A stretch of 64,000 nt of DNA from a virus (taxonomy: Duplodnaviria > Caudoviricetes): the IMG/VR virus record IMGVR_UViG_3300028805_000046, positions 120,672-184,671 of that record. One strand, written 5' to 3'. Positions 51,657 to 59,002 of the stretch are shown piece by piece (position 1 is the first letter of the stretch; each line of letters begins with the position of its first letter). Below the pieces are notes generated by a model, which was not told where the DNA came from, did no database searches, and saw only the letters and a list, made by a program, of their open reading frames with translations. Both the position numbers and the translations under genes were made by a program.

Positions 51657-52412
51657 ATGGAAAAGACAACTGACATCATACTCGTCATCGGCGAAGACTT
51701 GAAAAAGTGCCATCTCGTTACTGAAAATGAAAATGCTCAGAAGTTCTGGCATTTCGCTATGGACACTATGGCGGAAGTTCCTGGAGCTTATCTCAAGCTA
51801 AATCTTGATGAAACGAACCACATGCATGTGAAGATGGCCTCTATGCCTGGTGAAGGCCAGCTCGGAGGTTTTCTTCACAAGCAGCATTTCGGCATTTCCA
51901 TCAACTTGCTCAAACGTGATGTTGAAGCAGTCAAAGATCAAAACGGCGTCCTCGTCCGTTTTCTCAATGACAAGGCTTTCGCTACGTTCTTGCATGAGTT
52001 TGGACATTTCGTCCACTTTGAAGTTGACAAGGGAGTATGCCGTTCATTACCTTACTTTGGTCAGTCTTGGCCGAAGGAAGCAGCCGAAGATGAATATGAC
52101 GACGCCATGTTCATTCATGAATATGAAGCAGGCTATCGTGCTATCTTCTGGGCTTCATTCTATAAGATCATTGATCCTAAGCTCGCTAAAATTGACAACA
52201 TTGGTAACCTCTGGAAATTCTGGAATCACAATGATACTTCTAACGAAACAGACAAGAAGATCTATGATTACTTGAAGAAGAAAGGCGTAAACGGAAACAT
52301 TGAAGCTGAAGTCAAGTTGATGGACGAAACCATCTTTCCGCAGTTTACCAAGAAGTACAGTGAGTATGGCGACCCGCGGCTTGATCTTTCTTTTATCAAC
52401 TACGACATCTAA
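51657..52412 (+). CDS. Putative zinc metalloprotease
   Basis: FLHEFGH plus downstream E..A. Confidence 0.55.
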   Translation: MEKTTDIILVIGEDLKKCHLVTENENAQKFWHFAMDTMAEVPGAYLKLNLDETNHMHVKMASMPGEGQLGGFLHKQHFGISINLLKRDVEAVKDQNGVLVRFLNDKAFATFLHEFGHFVHFEVDKGVCRSLPYFGQSWPKEAAEDEYDDAMFIHEYEAGYRAIFWASFYKIIDPKLAKIDNIGNLWKFWNHNDTSNETDKKIYDYLKKKGVNGNIEAEVKLMDETIFPQFTKKYSEYGDPRLDLSFINYDI

Positions 52413-52421
52413 GGAGTTATC

Positions 52422-52676
52422 ATGCAGTTATACGACCAGTATCAAGAAGACACAATCGCAATCATCAATCAGATCAAGTCAAGCACAGGCGTTGAACGTC
52501 TAAAAGCGCGGCACCGCCTTGCTGACAAGAAAGTGAAGTACTACGCCCACGCCCTGCCGATTCGTCCGTATCAGAAAAAGATCGCCGAATTTTACAGAGC
52601 CCAGCTTTCTAACGCTATCGGCGAACGCCTCCTGATTGAGCAACAACTTGCTGAAGCGGGAATTTCGGTCGCTTAA
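52422..52676 (+). CDS. Hypothetical protein
   Basis: AAGGAG RBS; 84 aa. Confidence 0.55.
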   Translation: MQLYDQYQEDTIAIINQIKSSTGVERLKARHRLADKKVKYYAHALPIRPYQKKIAEFYRAQLSNAIGERLLIEQQLAEAGISVA

Positions 52677-52829
52677 ATTGCTTCAATTTGGGCTAGTTTA
52701 TTACACAAAATTGTGTTATTCGTCTGAGAATCAGATTTACTGGCGCCCCACGAATTGCTAATAATTTCGTCAAAAAAAGGAAAAATAAGAAAAAGTGTAA
52801 TATTTCTCTTAAAATTTGGAATTTCAATA

Positions 52830-52866
52830 TTGCCAAGATCCAGAATAGTTGTTATATTTACTACGT
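52830..52866 (+). promoter_or_regulatory. Early promoter, copy 5
   Basis: TTGCCA-N17-TATATT..CTACGT. Confidence 0.8.
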
Positions 52867-52902
52867 TGATTGGAAATAAACAATTTTTCAAAGGATTTTG
52901 CT

Positions 52903-53397
52903 ATGCGTCTTGAAATCTCTTTCTCTCGTCCGACTTACCGCCACACTGTCGCTGGCATCAAAACTACGAGCCTCACCAATTGGTTCCGTATCGCTCGCTG
53001 CCTTTTGACTTCTGGCATTGACAGCCGTTTCACTCGCGCTTCTATTCAGGACCGCGATCCTGAGATCACTCGTTCTCCGGATATCTGGACGACTTGCATT
53101 CATGGCTACCGCGGTCCGGGCATTCTCGAAATGTTAAAGCCTGCTCGTGGTACCAAGCGTCCGACTTACCGCCTGAATGACTATGGTCTGTCTTCTTTCA
53201 TTGACGCCTGCTTCAGCGGCTTGCTCCGTGACCGCATGGCGCTCGTCTCCGAGTTCGCTTGCGCTCTGCGTGAAGCAAAGGCCCGCGGTCTCGCTGACTA
53301 TGCCCATCGCATGGGCGAAAAGTATCTCAAAGCTGCCGAAGAGTTCGGCGTTCTTCTTGCGAGCTCTGAAAAGGAGCTCATCAGAGACTGTATGTAG
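52903..53397 (+). CDS. Early hypothetical protein
   Basis: ATG 52903 after AAGGA. Confidence 0.55.
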   Translation: MRLEISFSRPTYRHTVAGIKTTSLTNWFRIARCLLTSGIDSRFTRASIQDRDPEITRSPDIWTTCIHGYRGPGILEMLKPARGTKRPTYRLNDYGLSSFIDACFSGLLRDRMALVSEFACALREAKARGLADYAHRMGEKYLKAAEEFGVLLASSEKELIRDCM

Positions 53398-53405
53398 GAT
53401 TGATT

Positions 53406-53555
53406 ATGAAAGCGAAAGAATCAAAGCGCCAGCGCTCTGAACGCATCGCCGATAGCAATAACGGCGCTACGCTTCGCACTCGAGTGGTTGGCGACAAGAA
53501 GAAAAGAAAGCGCATCAAGCGCGTTGATCTTGACAAAGAACTAGAAGAGGAATAG
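53406..53555 (+). CDS. Small basic protein (49 aa; not in the ORF track)
   Basis: MKAKESKRQRSERIADSNNGATLRTRVVGDKKKRKRIKRVDLDKELEEE; AGGA RBS; fills the gap between ORFs. Confidence 0.55.
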   Translation: MKAKESKRQRSERIADSNNGATLRTRVVGDKKKRKRIKRVDLDKELEEE

Positions 53556-53557
53556 TT

Positions 53558-54229
53558 ATGCCGTCTTTTTTCAGCTATCTTACTAAGGAACAGCAAAAGG
53601 TCTTCCGTGGCATTCCGTTCTGGACTGCAGGCAGTTTCAATGCCTTCATGAAGGATAACGCTGACGCCATCAGCAATGCTGAGTCTAATACTGATTGGTT
53701 TGACCAAGTCATCACTAAGCTGGCTGAAAAGACGTACAACACTGCGCATCTTTGTGTTACCAAGCCAAAGGGCTGGTCGCTTCAAGGCGGTTATCCTCGT
53801 GCCTTCAGTAGAGAACTCTGTGAAGACTTACTGCACTTAATGCTTGCAGTGAAGAAAGCTATCGCTCACGAGGCGAAGGTCCAAATGATCCAAGCAGCCG
53901 CTAAGGGACTGGTGAAGTATGAAGATGTGAAGACGAGATTTCCGTTCATCCGCACGTGGGAACCGAAAGGCTATCACGTCAAGTTACAGCTCTGGCGTGA
54001 CGTTGATCTTGAGACTCTTACGCCGGTCCGCACCGATGGCGGCGATCTTTACTATCTCAAGACCTACGTCTGGCTTGACAAGAAGGAATGGTACTCCGAA
54101 GACGAGATCAAGGCTGCCTGCAACGAAATCGTCGAGAAGCAAAGAGCTTACGCTAAGAAGCAGCTTGAATACGCTGAGAAGCTCGCTGCTGTCGTTGACA
54201 AAGCAATCACCGGCGGATTCGTTCTATAA
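53558..54229 (+). CDS. Early hypothetical protein
   Basis: GAGG RBS; 223 aa. Confidence 0.6.
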   Translation: MPSFFSYLTKEQQKVFRGIPFWTAGSFNAFMKDNADAISNAESNTDWFDQVITKLAEKTYNTAHLCVTKPKGWSLQGGYPRAFSRELCEDLLHLMLAVKKAIAHEAKVQMIQAAAKGLVKYEDVKTRFPFIRTWEPKGYHVKLQLWRDVDLETLTPVRTDGGDLYYLKTYVWLDKKEWYSEDEIKAACNEIVEKQRAYAKKQLEYAEKLAAVVDKAITGGFVL

Positions 54230-54252
54230 TGAAGATTTAGAAAATTCTTTGT

Positions 54253-54300
54253 TATAAATACATTAAAACAGTTGACAGATTGAATAAAAGTTATTATATT
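54253..54300 (+). promoter_or_regulatory. Late promoter TATAAATA plus TTGACA-N17-TATATT promoter for the tRNA array
   Basis: Consensus elements in tandem. Confidence 0.7.
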
Positions 54301-54357
54301 TTATCTGTAACAAAAACAACAATACTTTTTAAAAGCAACTAACAACAAGAGGCAAAA

Positions 54358-54510
54358 ATGAAAAAGAATCATGAAAGACACATTGAAACACGCGAAGAAA
54401 AAGAACAGCGTTGGGCCAAGAATTTGAAGACGGCCAGGTCTTTTGCCTCTCAAGCGGGTATAAAGATCAAAACCCGAAAACGTTCCCAATCAGAATTATA
54501 CGACTACTAA
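54358..54510 (+). CDS. Small basic protein (50 aa; not in the ORF track)
   Basis: MKKNHERHIETREEKEQRWAKNLKTARSF...; GAGG RBS. Confidence 0.45.
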   Translation: MKKNHERHIETREEKEQRWAKNLKTARSFASQAGIKIKTRKRSQSELYDY

Positions 54511-54515
54511 TCTCA

Positions 54516-54599
54516 CGGCTTGTGGTGAAATTGGTAGACACAGGGGACTTAAAATCCCCCGGCGGTAACGCCGTATCGGTTCGAGTCCGTTCAGGCCGA
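54516..54599 (+). tRNA. tRNA-Leu(TAA)
   Basis: Cloverleaf with long variable arm; GGGGA-CTTAAAA-TCCCC. Confidence 0.9.
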
Positions 54600-54616
54600 T
54601 AATTTTAGAATCCCTT

Positions 54617-54689
54617 GGGGATATAGTAAAACTGGTTATTACTGCGCACTTTTAATGCGCGATTTAGGGTTCGAGTCCCTATGTCCCCA
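54617..54689 (+). tRNA. tRNA-Lys(TTT)
   Basis: GCGCA-CTTTTAA-TGCGC. Confidence 0.9.
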
Positions 54690-54712
54690 TAAGTTTTGAG
54701 TTTAAATAAATC

Positions 54713-55402
54713 ATGAAGAGGTGCAATGAAAATTGGAAATGTCCGTACTGTAAAGATTTATTTCCTAGAAAAATAGATCTTATAGAACATAAAAGAGTCT
54801 GTGAAAAAGGTCCGAAAGTTCATATTCAATACGTAATCTTAGATGGAAAAAGAAAATATGCTCCTGGATGTAAAGCTTGGAATGCTGGACGAACCGGTGA
54901 AGACGATGTAAGATTAAAAGCAGCGGCAGAAAAATTAAAGAAAAGGTATGAAACGGAAGAATTGATGCCAGCTTATTTAGGTAAGAAGCATTCAGAAGAG
55001 ACTAAGAAAAGAATCTCTGAAAGTAGAAAACATTATTTAGCTGAACATCCAGAAAAAGTACCTTATGTATTGAATCACCATTCTAAAGGAGATAGCTATC
55101 CAGAGCAATACTTCAAAACGGTGTTCGAGAATAATAGGATCACTTACGAACAGAATTACAAAATACTCGGATATTATCTTGATTTTGCTTGGCCTGATAA
55201 AAAGACTTATTTAGAAATTGATGGAGAACAACATTATTTAGATAAAAGAATATTAGAACATGACATTCTTAGAACTGAAAGATTAAAGTCTGATGGATGG
55301 AAATGCCTAGATAGAATTAGATGGAGTAAATATAAGAAGCTTTCTAAAGAAAAGCAAGAGAAATTCGTTTTAGACTTAGTTTCAAAGATCAACAATCTTT
55401 AA
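54713..55402 (+). CDS. Zn-finger/NUMOD3/DUF559 (Vsr-like) putative homing endonuclease 1
   Basis: CPYC..H...C; HSEETKKRISES; LDFAW..EIDGEQH..D..R..L..GW. Confidence 0.8.
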   Translation: MKRCNENWKCPYCKDLFPRKIDLIEHKRVCEKGPKVHIQYVILDGKRKYAPGCKAWNAGRTGEDDVRLKAAAEKLKKRYETEELMPAYLGKKHSEETKKRISESRKHYLAEHPEKVPYVLNHHSKGDSYPEQYFKTVFENNRITYEQNYKILGYYLDFAWPDKKTYLEIDGEQHYLDKRILEHDILRTERLKSDGWKCLDRIRWSKYKKLSKEKQEKFVLDLVSKINNL

Positions 55403-55415
55403 CTATTGACATTAC

Positions 55416-55495
55416 ACGCTGGTAACCGGTTCGGACTTCTAATCCGTTATCCGTAACTGGAGTTGAAAATGCGGGTTCGATCCCCGCCCAGCGTA
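55416..55495 (+). tRNA. Atypical tRNA-Arg(TCT)-like RNA, D-armless with long variable region
   Basis: ACGCTGG/CCAGCGT acceptor, CGGA-CTTCTAA-TCCG, canonical T arm, CTA trailer. Confidence 0.65.
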
Positions 55496-55503
55496 CTACA
55501 TTT

Positions 55504-55576
55504 GGTGCATTAGAATAGTTGGTTAGTTCGCTAGCCTCTCAAGCTGGAGACTCGGGTCCGAATCCCGAATGCACTA
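55504..55576 (+). tRNA. tRNA-Glu(CTC)
   Basis: CTAGC-CTCTCAA-GCTGG. Confidence 0.85.
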
Positions 55577-55585
55577 CTAAATCTG

Positions 55586-55658
55586 CGTGCCTTAGTTTAT
55601 CGGTTGGCAAAACGCCTCCTTGACGGGGGAGTGTCCGGTTCGAGCCCGGAAGGACAGG
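55586..55658 (+). pseudogene. Degenerate tRNA-Val(GAC)
   Basis: D and T arms are present; acceptor and anticodon stems are mispaired. Confidence 0.45.
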
Positions 55659-55757
55659 TGGGAATCAACCCAGCGCAGACTAGAGGAACAAGAGTCTATT
55701 CGCGGTAAACTTGCGTTCCTCGGCGTCTTTCGCATTAGCCGGTAGCCCGGCACTTTT

Positions 55758-55828
55758 TGCCCGCTCGTATAGAAGTAGTATAGGAGACTTTGAATCTCTT
55801 GGAGGTGGGGCGGTACCACCGCGGGCAA
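55758..55828 (+). tRNA. tRNA-Gln(TTG) with non-canonical T loop
   Basis: GGAGA-CTTTGAA-TCTCT; T loop GGCGGTA. Confidence 0.75.
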
Positions 55829-55894
55829 CTAAAATTGGCGAGAGTGAAATTCTCTCAAAGCAGAACGCTACTGCGGTAACAAGTTAAACGAAAT

Positions 55895-55981
55895 AGGCGT
55901 ACTACCTTGGGCCGGACTCATAACCCGGGCTGCATAAACAATCCAGGGCGGTGCAGAGAGGTCCGACTCCTCGTATGCCTA
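55895..55981 (+). tRNA. Atypical tRNA(CAT)-like RNA, D-armless, 8/4 acceptor/T fold
   Basis: AGGCGTAC/GTATGCCT; CCGG.-CTCATAA-.CCGG; GAGG-TCCGACT-CCTC; CTA trailer. Confidence 0.55.
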
Positions 55982-56212
55982 CTATGTTGATAAAGTGTTG
56001 ATAAAACATTTTGTCAGGCGGCAATTTAGAGGATACGTCCTAAAAACTGTTGCTTAAAATTACATGGAAAACGTCGGTTTATTACACAAAAACCTGATAA
56101 ACCTGCGAGATTCCTGTGGTTCGCTAACAGTTGATAAATTGCCAATATAACACGGATTTTTGACTATTTTGAAGAAAGTGTAATATTTCGGAAAAAATTT
56201 TCAAATTTCCAA

Positions 56213-56249
56213 TTGCCAAGTAGCAATAAAGTTGTTATATTTACTACGT
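56213..56249 (+). promoter_or_regulatory. Early promoter, copy 6
   Basis: TTGCCA-N17-TATATT..CTACGT; no ORF downstream. Confidence 0.8.
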
Positions 56250-56457
56250 AATCAAAATCAACAACGGTTTGATTACAGAAAATCCTAGGCTAAAGCCTTG
56301 CTCGTTGAAAAAGCCCTCTGGCGCTGACAAGGGAAGCGCGGTTGATCTGGCTCACGACAAAACCCTAACGAGCGGGTCTATGCAGAATCGCTTGCGAATC
56401 TGCGCCGCAACCCTCAAAATTTTTCAGTTGAAATTTTGAAAAATTTTGAAAAATCGG

Positions 56458-56499
56458 TTGACAGAATCAAAAATAATTTTTATATTTGATCTGTCAATC
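56458..56499 (+). promoter_or_regulatory. TTGACA-N17-TATATT promoter enclosed in an inverted repeat
   Basis: TTGACAGAATCAAA..TTTGATCTGTCAA. Confidence 0.7.
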
Positions 56500-56559
56500 A
56501 AAACGCCTCGCTCGTGAAGCGAAGTGGAAAATTGAAAATTTGGAAATCCGTTTATCTAT

Positions 56560-56633
56560 GGTCCCATCGTCTACGATGGATAGGACGCTAGGTTTTCAAC
56601 CTGGAAAATTTGGTTCGACGCCAAATGGGACTA
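56560..56633 (+). tRNA. tRNA-Glu(TTC)
   Basis: CTAGG-TTTTCAA-CCTGG. Confidence 0.85.
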
Positions 56634-56635
56634 CT

Positions 56636-56960
56636 AGCGGAAACAACGAGATACTACTGTTTAGAGCGTGCGACTAATGCCTACCGGGGTTAAAGGTAGG
56701 TTGAGTTGCTTAGTTTTGGAGCCCCGCTTCTTTAACGGCGCGGCTGACGCGGTGCGAGTCCGGTCCGTACTCCTCACGTTCCCTGAAAGTTGTATCAGTG
56801 ATTGCCCAATGCTAACCGCTCCTAACCGAGTAAGGCAATAGCAAAGGTAAGTCAATCCTGACAGGTAGCAAACAGTCCTCGTGCCTTTATTCTGGAGCCG
56901 ATTACGCGTTCACGCTTCAGATTGGCCAAGAGCATCACCGATGCTCACAGTGTTTCTGCT
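56636..56960 (+). ncRNA. Unknown structured RNA of about 325 nt
   Basis: Terminal stem AGCGGAAACA/TGTTTCTGCT; inner ACGAG/CTCGT and ACTGTTT/AAACAGT stems. Confidence 0.55.
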
Positions 56961-56967
56961 CCCTTTT

Positions 56968-57040
56968 GCCCGTATAGCTCAGCTGGTAGAGCAGATGTTT
57001 AGTAATCATCAGGTCGGGGGTTCGGATCCCTCTGCGGGCG
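56968..57040 (+). tRNA. tRNA-Thr(AGT)
   Basis: GATGT-TTAGTAA-TCATC; A34. Confidence 0.8.
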
Positions 57041-57045
57041 CTAAT

Positions 57046-57140
57046 CTCAACAGCCATTTAGCGATAGCGATACTAACGTAATCAGCCGAGCCGCTAATTG
57101 AGGGAGGTCTCACCTGACGAGACGCTTTATGGGTGTTGAG
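57046..57140 (+). ncRNA. Unknown stem-closed RNA
   Basis: CTCAACAGCCAT/ATGGGTGTTGAG stem. Confidence 0.4.
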
Positions 57141-57270
57141 GGAGATCGCCTTTAAGGTGCACGATTGGCGGTCTCACCGGTATTGAGCGAAGAGATGTTA
57201 GGCGAACATCATTTGAAACAAAGTACAAGTTTCATTTCGGGCCGTAGCCGTTAGGGTCGCGCTCCCTTTT

Positions 57271-57343
57271 TGGGTTGTAGTTCAGTCGGTAGAACGGGTG
57301 GCTGTTAACCACCATGTCACAGGTTCGAGTCCTGTCTTCCCAG
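57271..57343 (+). tRNA. tRNA-Asn(GTT)
   Basis: GGTGG-CTGTTAA-CCACC. Confidence 0.88.
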
Positions 57344-57422
57344 CTAAAATTGCGATAGGAGCGGATTGAACTGCAGACAACTCGAGTAATGCTGCTAACT
57401 TTCAGCTCCAGCGCTTTTATTT

Positions 57423-57494
57423 GCCTTTATACGTTAATCGGTAAACGAGCTGATTTGTAATCAGCTATTCCTGGTTCGAGTCCGGGTGAAGGCG
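57423..57494 (+). tRNA. tRNA-Thr(TGT)
   Basis: GCTGA-TTTGTAA-TCAGC. Confidence 0.88.
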
Positions 57495-57505
57495 CTAAGA
57501 TATTC

Positions 57506-57879
57506 GGGGACCCTCCGCCAATGGCGAGTAAGACAAAGATGATACGACAAGCCGAAAGTAGTTGCATTGGTTGCTCTTTGTAGCTGCGATCTTGGTCCTT
57601 CCTAATGAAAGTCCCATATAAAGGAGTAAGTAGAACCGTGAATGGCTAGCTCTTAGCTAGAGCAGATAGGATCGGAACTCGCTGAAACGACAGAAGTCTC
57701 GAAGTTGCAAGTAGAAGACTGGGTAGCTCCCATAATCGGGCTGAAGTTACTTCTTGATGGAAGGATGGATAAGGAGAGGCGGTGCATCACACGAGTTGAG
57801 GTAAGCTCTCAATAGATAGGTGCATGGAACTAATAACGCAGGTGAAGTTCCTGTGGAGGTTCAACTCCTCCGGTCCCCA
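57506..57879 (+). ncRNA. 374-nt RNA with tRNA-like ends (tmRNA-like architecture)
   Basis: GGGGACC/GGTCCCC acceptor, GGAGG-TTCAACT-CCTCC T arm, A73 and CTA trailer. Confidence 0.6.
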
Positions 57880-57973
57880 CTAAATTGACAGTTATCAACA
57901 ATCTATCAACTGTATCAACTGTTTCTGTTTACAAAAGTTTACAGAAAAAATTGAAAAAATTTGAAAAAATTGG

Positions 57974-58010
57974 TTGACGGATTGGAAACTAATTGTTATA
58001 TTTACTACGT
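57974..58010 (+). promoter_or_regulatory. Early promoter, copy 7
   Basis: TTGACG-N17-TATATT..CTACGT. Confidence 0.8.
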
Positions 58011-58085
58011 TGAAATTGATTGCTCGATCTCAACAAGAAAAATTGAAAATTTTTGAAAAAAATGAAAAAATTTCAATTTTTACCC

Positions 58086-58125
58086 TTGACAAAATCAAAA
58101 TAATTTTTTATATTTGATACGTCAA
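58086..58125 (+). promoter_or_regulatory. TTGACA-N17-TATATT promoter; duplicate of the 56458 region
   Basis: Consensus elements, inverted repeat and shared downstream GCCTC.CTCG.GAAG. Confidence 0.7.
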
Positions 58126-58230
58126 AATAAAATGCCTCTCTCGCGAAGATTGGCAGAAAATTGAAAAAATGGCAGTTTTTGAAAAGTTCTTGTAATAAAT
58201 AGAACATATTGATTACAAGATCAATTCCAT

Positions 58231-58263
58231 GCCCCAGTGGCGCAATTGGTAGCGCAGCGGACT
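58231..58263 (+). tRNA. 5' half (positions 1-33) of an interrupted tRNA
   Basis: GCCCCAG TG GCGC AATTGGTA GCGC A GCGGA CT; pairs with 59003-59042. Confidence 0.88.
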
Positions 58264-58266
58264 GAA

Positions 58267-58274
58267 TATAAATA
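58267..58274 (+). promoter_or_regulatory. Late promoter TATAAATA at the 5' end of the tRNA insert
   Basis: Exact consensus 4 nt before ATG 58279. Confidence 0.75.
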
Positions 58275-58278
58275 CAAT

Positions 58279-58932
58279 ATGGAAACGTCTTGTATTTGTA
58301 AATTCTGTGGCAGAACTTGTAAAAATCCAAATGCTCACCGAAATCATGAGCGACTTTGTCCTGAAAATCCAGATAGAGTTTATGTCAATCACATGAAAGG
58401 CAAAGAACCCTGGAATAAAGGAAAAAACAAAGAAACAAATGATATTCTGAGAATTAAAGGAGAAAGACTAAGTGAACGCTACAGAAATGGCGAAATAATT
58501 CCTTCATGGAAGGACAAAAAACATTCTGCGAAGACGAAATCTAAAATTTTTGAATCAATGAAGTTAGCACATTCTGAAGGCAGAGCCTATAACATAGGGC
58601 AATGCCGTTGGAATAATGAACATAGTTGGCCAGAAAAATGGTTGATAAAAGTTCTAGCTGATGAATTTGATCTTAGAGAAAATGAAGATTACAAAACTGA
58701 ATTTTCCTTTGGTAGATTTTCTTTAGATTTTGCTTGGCCGACCAAGAAACTGTGCATAGAAGTTGATGGGAAGCAACATCAAACAGACAATACTCAAAAA
58801 CTGAGAGATGCTGCAAAAGATAAGCTTCTAACAGAAAACGGCTGGAAAGAACTTAGGATTCCTTGGCAAGAATGCTATAAAAATCCAAAAGAATGGATTG
58901 AAATTGTCCGTAAATTCCTAATGGGAGTATAA
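58279..58932 (+). CDS. Zn-finger/NUMOD3/DUF559 putative homing endonuclease 2, inside the split tRNA
   Basis: CKFC..HERLC; PWNKG; HSAKTKSKI; LDFAWP..IEVDGKQH..D..KD..L..GW..LRI.W. Confidence 0.82.
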   Translation: METSCICKFCGRTCKNPNAHRNHERLCPENPDRVYVNHMKGKEPWNKGKNKETNDILRIKGERLSERYRNGEIIPSWKDKKHSAKTKSKIFESMKLAHSEGRAYNIGQCRWNNEHSWPEKWLIKVLADEFDLRENEDYKTEFSFGRFSLDFAWPTKKLCIEVDGKQHQTDNTQKLRDAAKDKLLTENGWKELRIPWQECYKNPKEWIEIVRKFLMGV

Positions 58933-58995
58933 TACAATTGGCTAGTATAGGCGACTCTTAATCGTCGAATCCGAGTTCGAGTCTCGGTACTCCCA
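58923..58995 (+). tRNA. tRNA-Lys(CTT), nested in the insert and overlapping the endonuclease stop codon
   Basis: GGGAGTA/TACTCCC; GGCGA-CTCTTAA-TCGTC; canonical T arm. Confidence 0.88.
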
Positions 58996-59002
58996 TAAAA
59001 GC

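Noticed and set aside
48684-51752. Long antisense ORFs (314 aa and 496 aa)
   Set aside because: They are shadows of the codon-biased ATPase and Q/G-rich vWA genes and have no RBS or motifs.
57506-57879. Canonical tmRNA (ssrA)
   Set aside because: No G3:U70 pair, no typical 5' motif and no convincing tag frame; kept as an unknown ncRNA.
58264-59002. Group I intron in the tRNA anticodon loop
   Set aside because: The position after U33 fits, but nearly all of the insert is ORF or nested tRNA, I see no P7 core motifs, and the insert ends in C rather than G in the register that restores a 7-nt loop.
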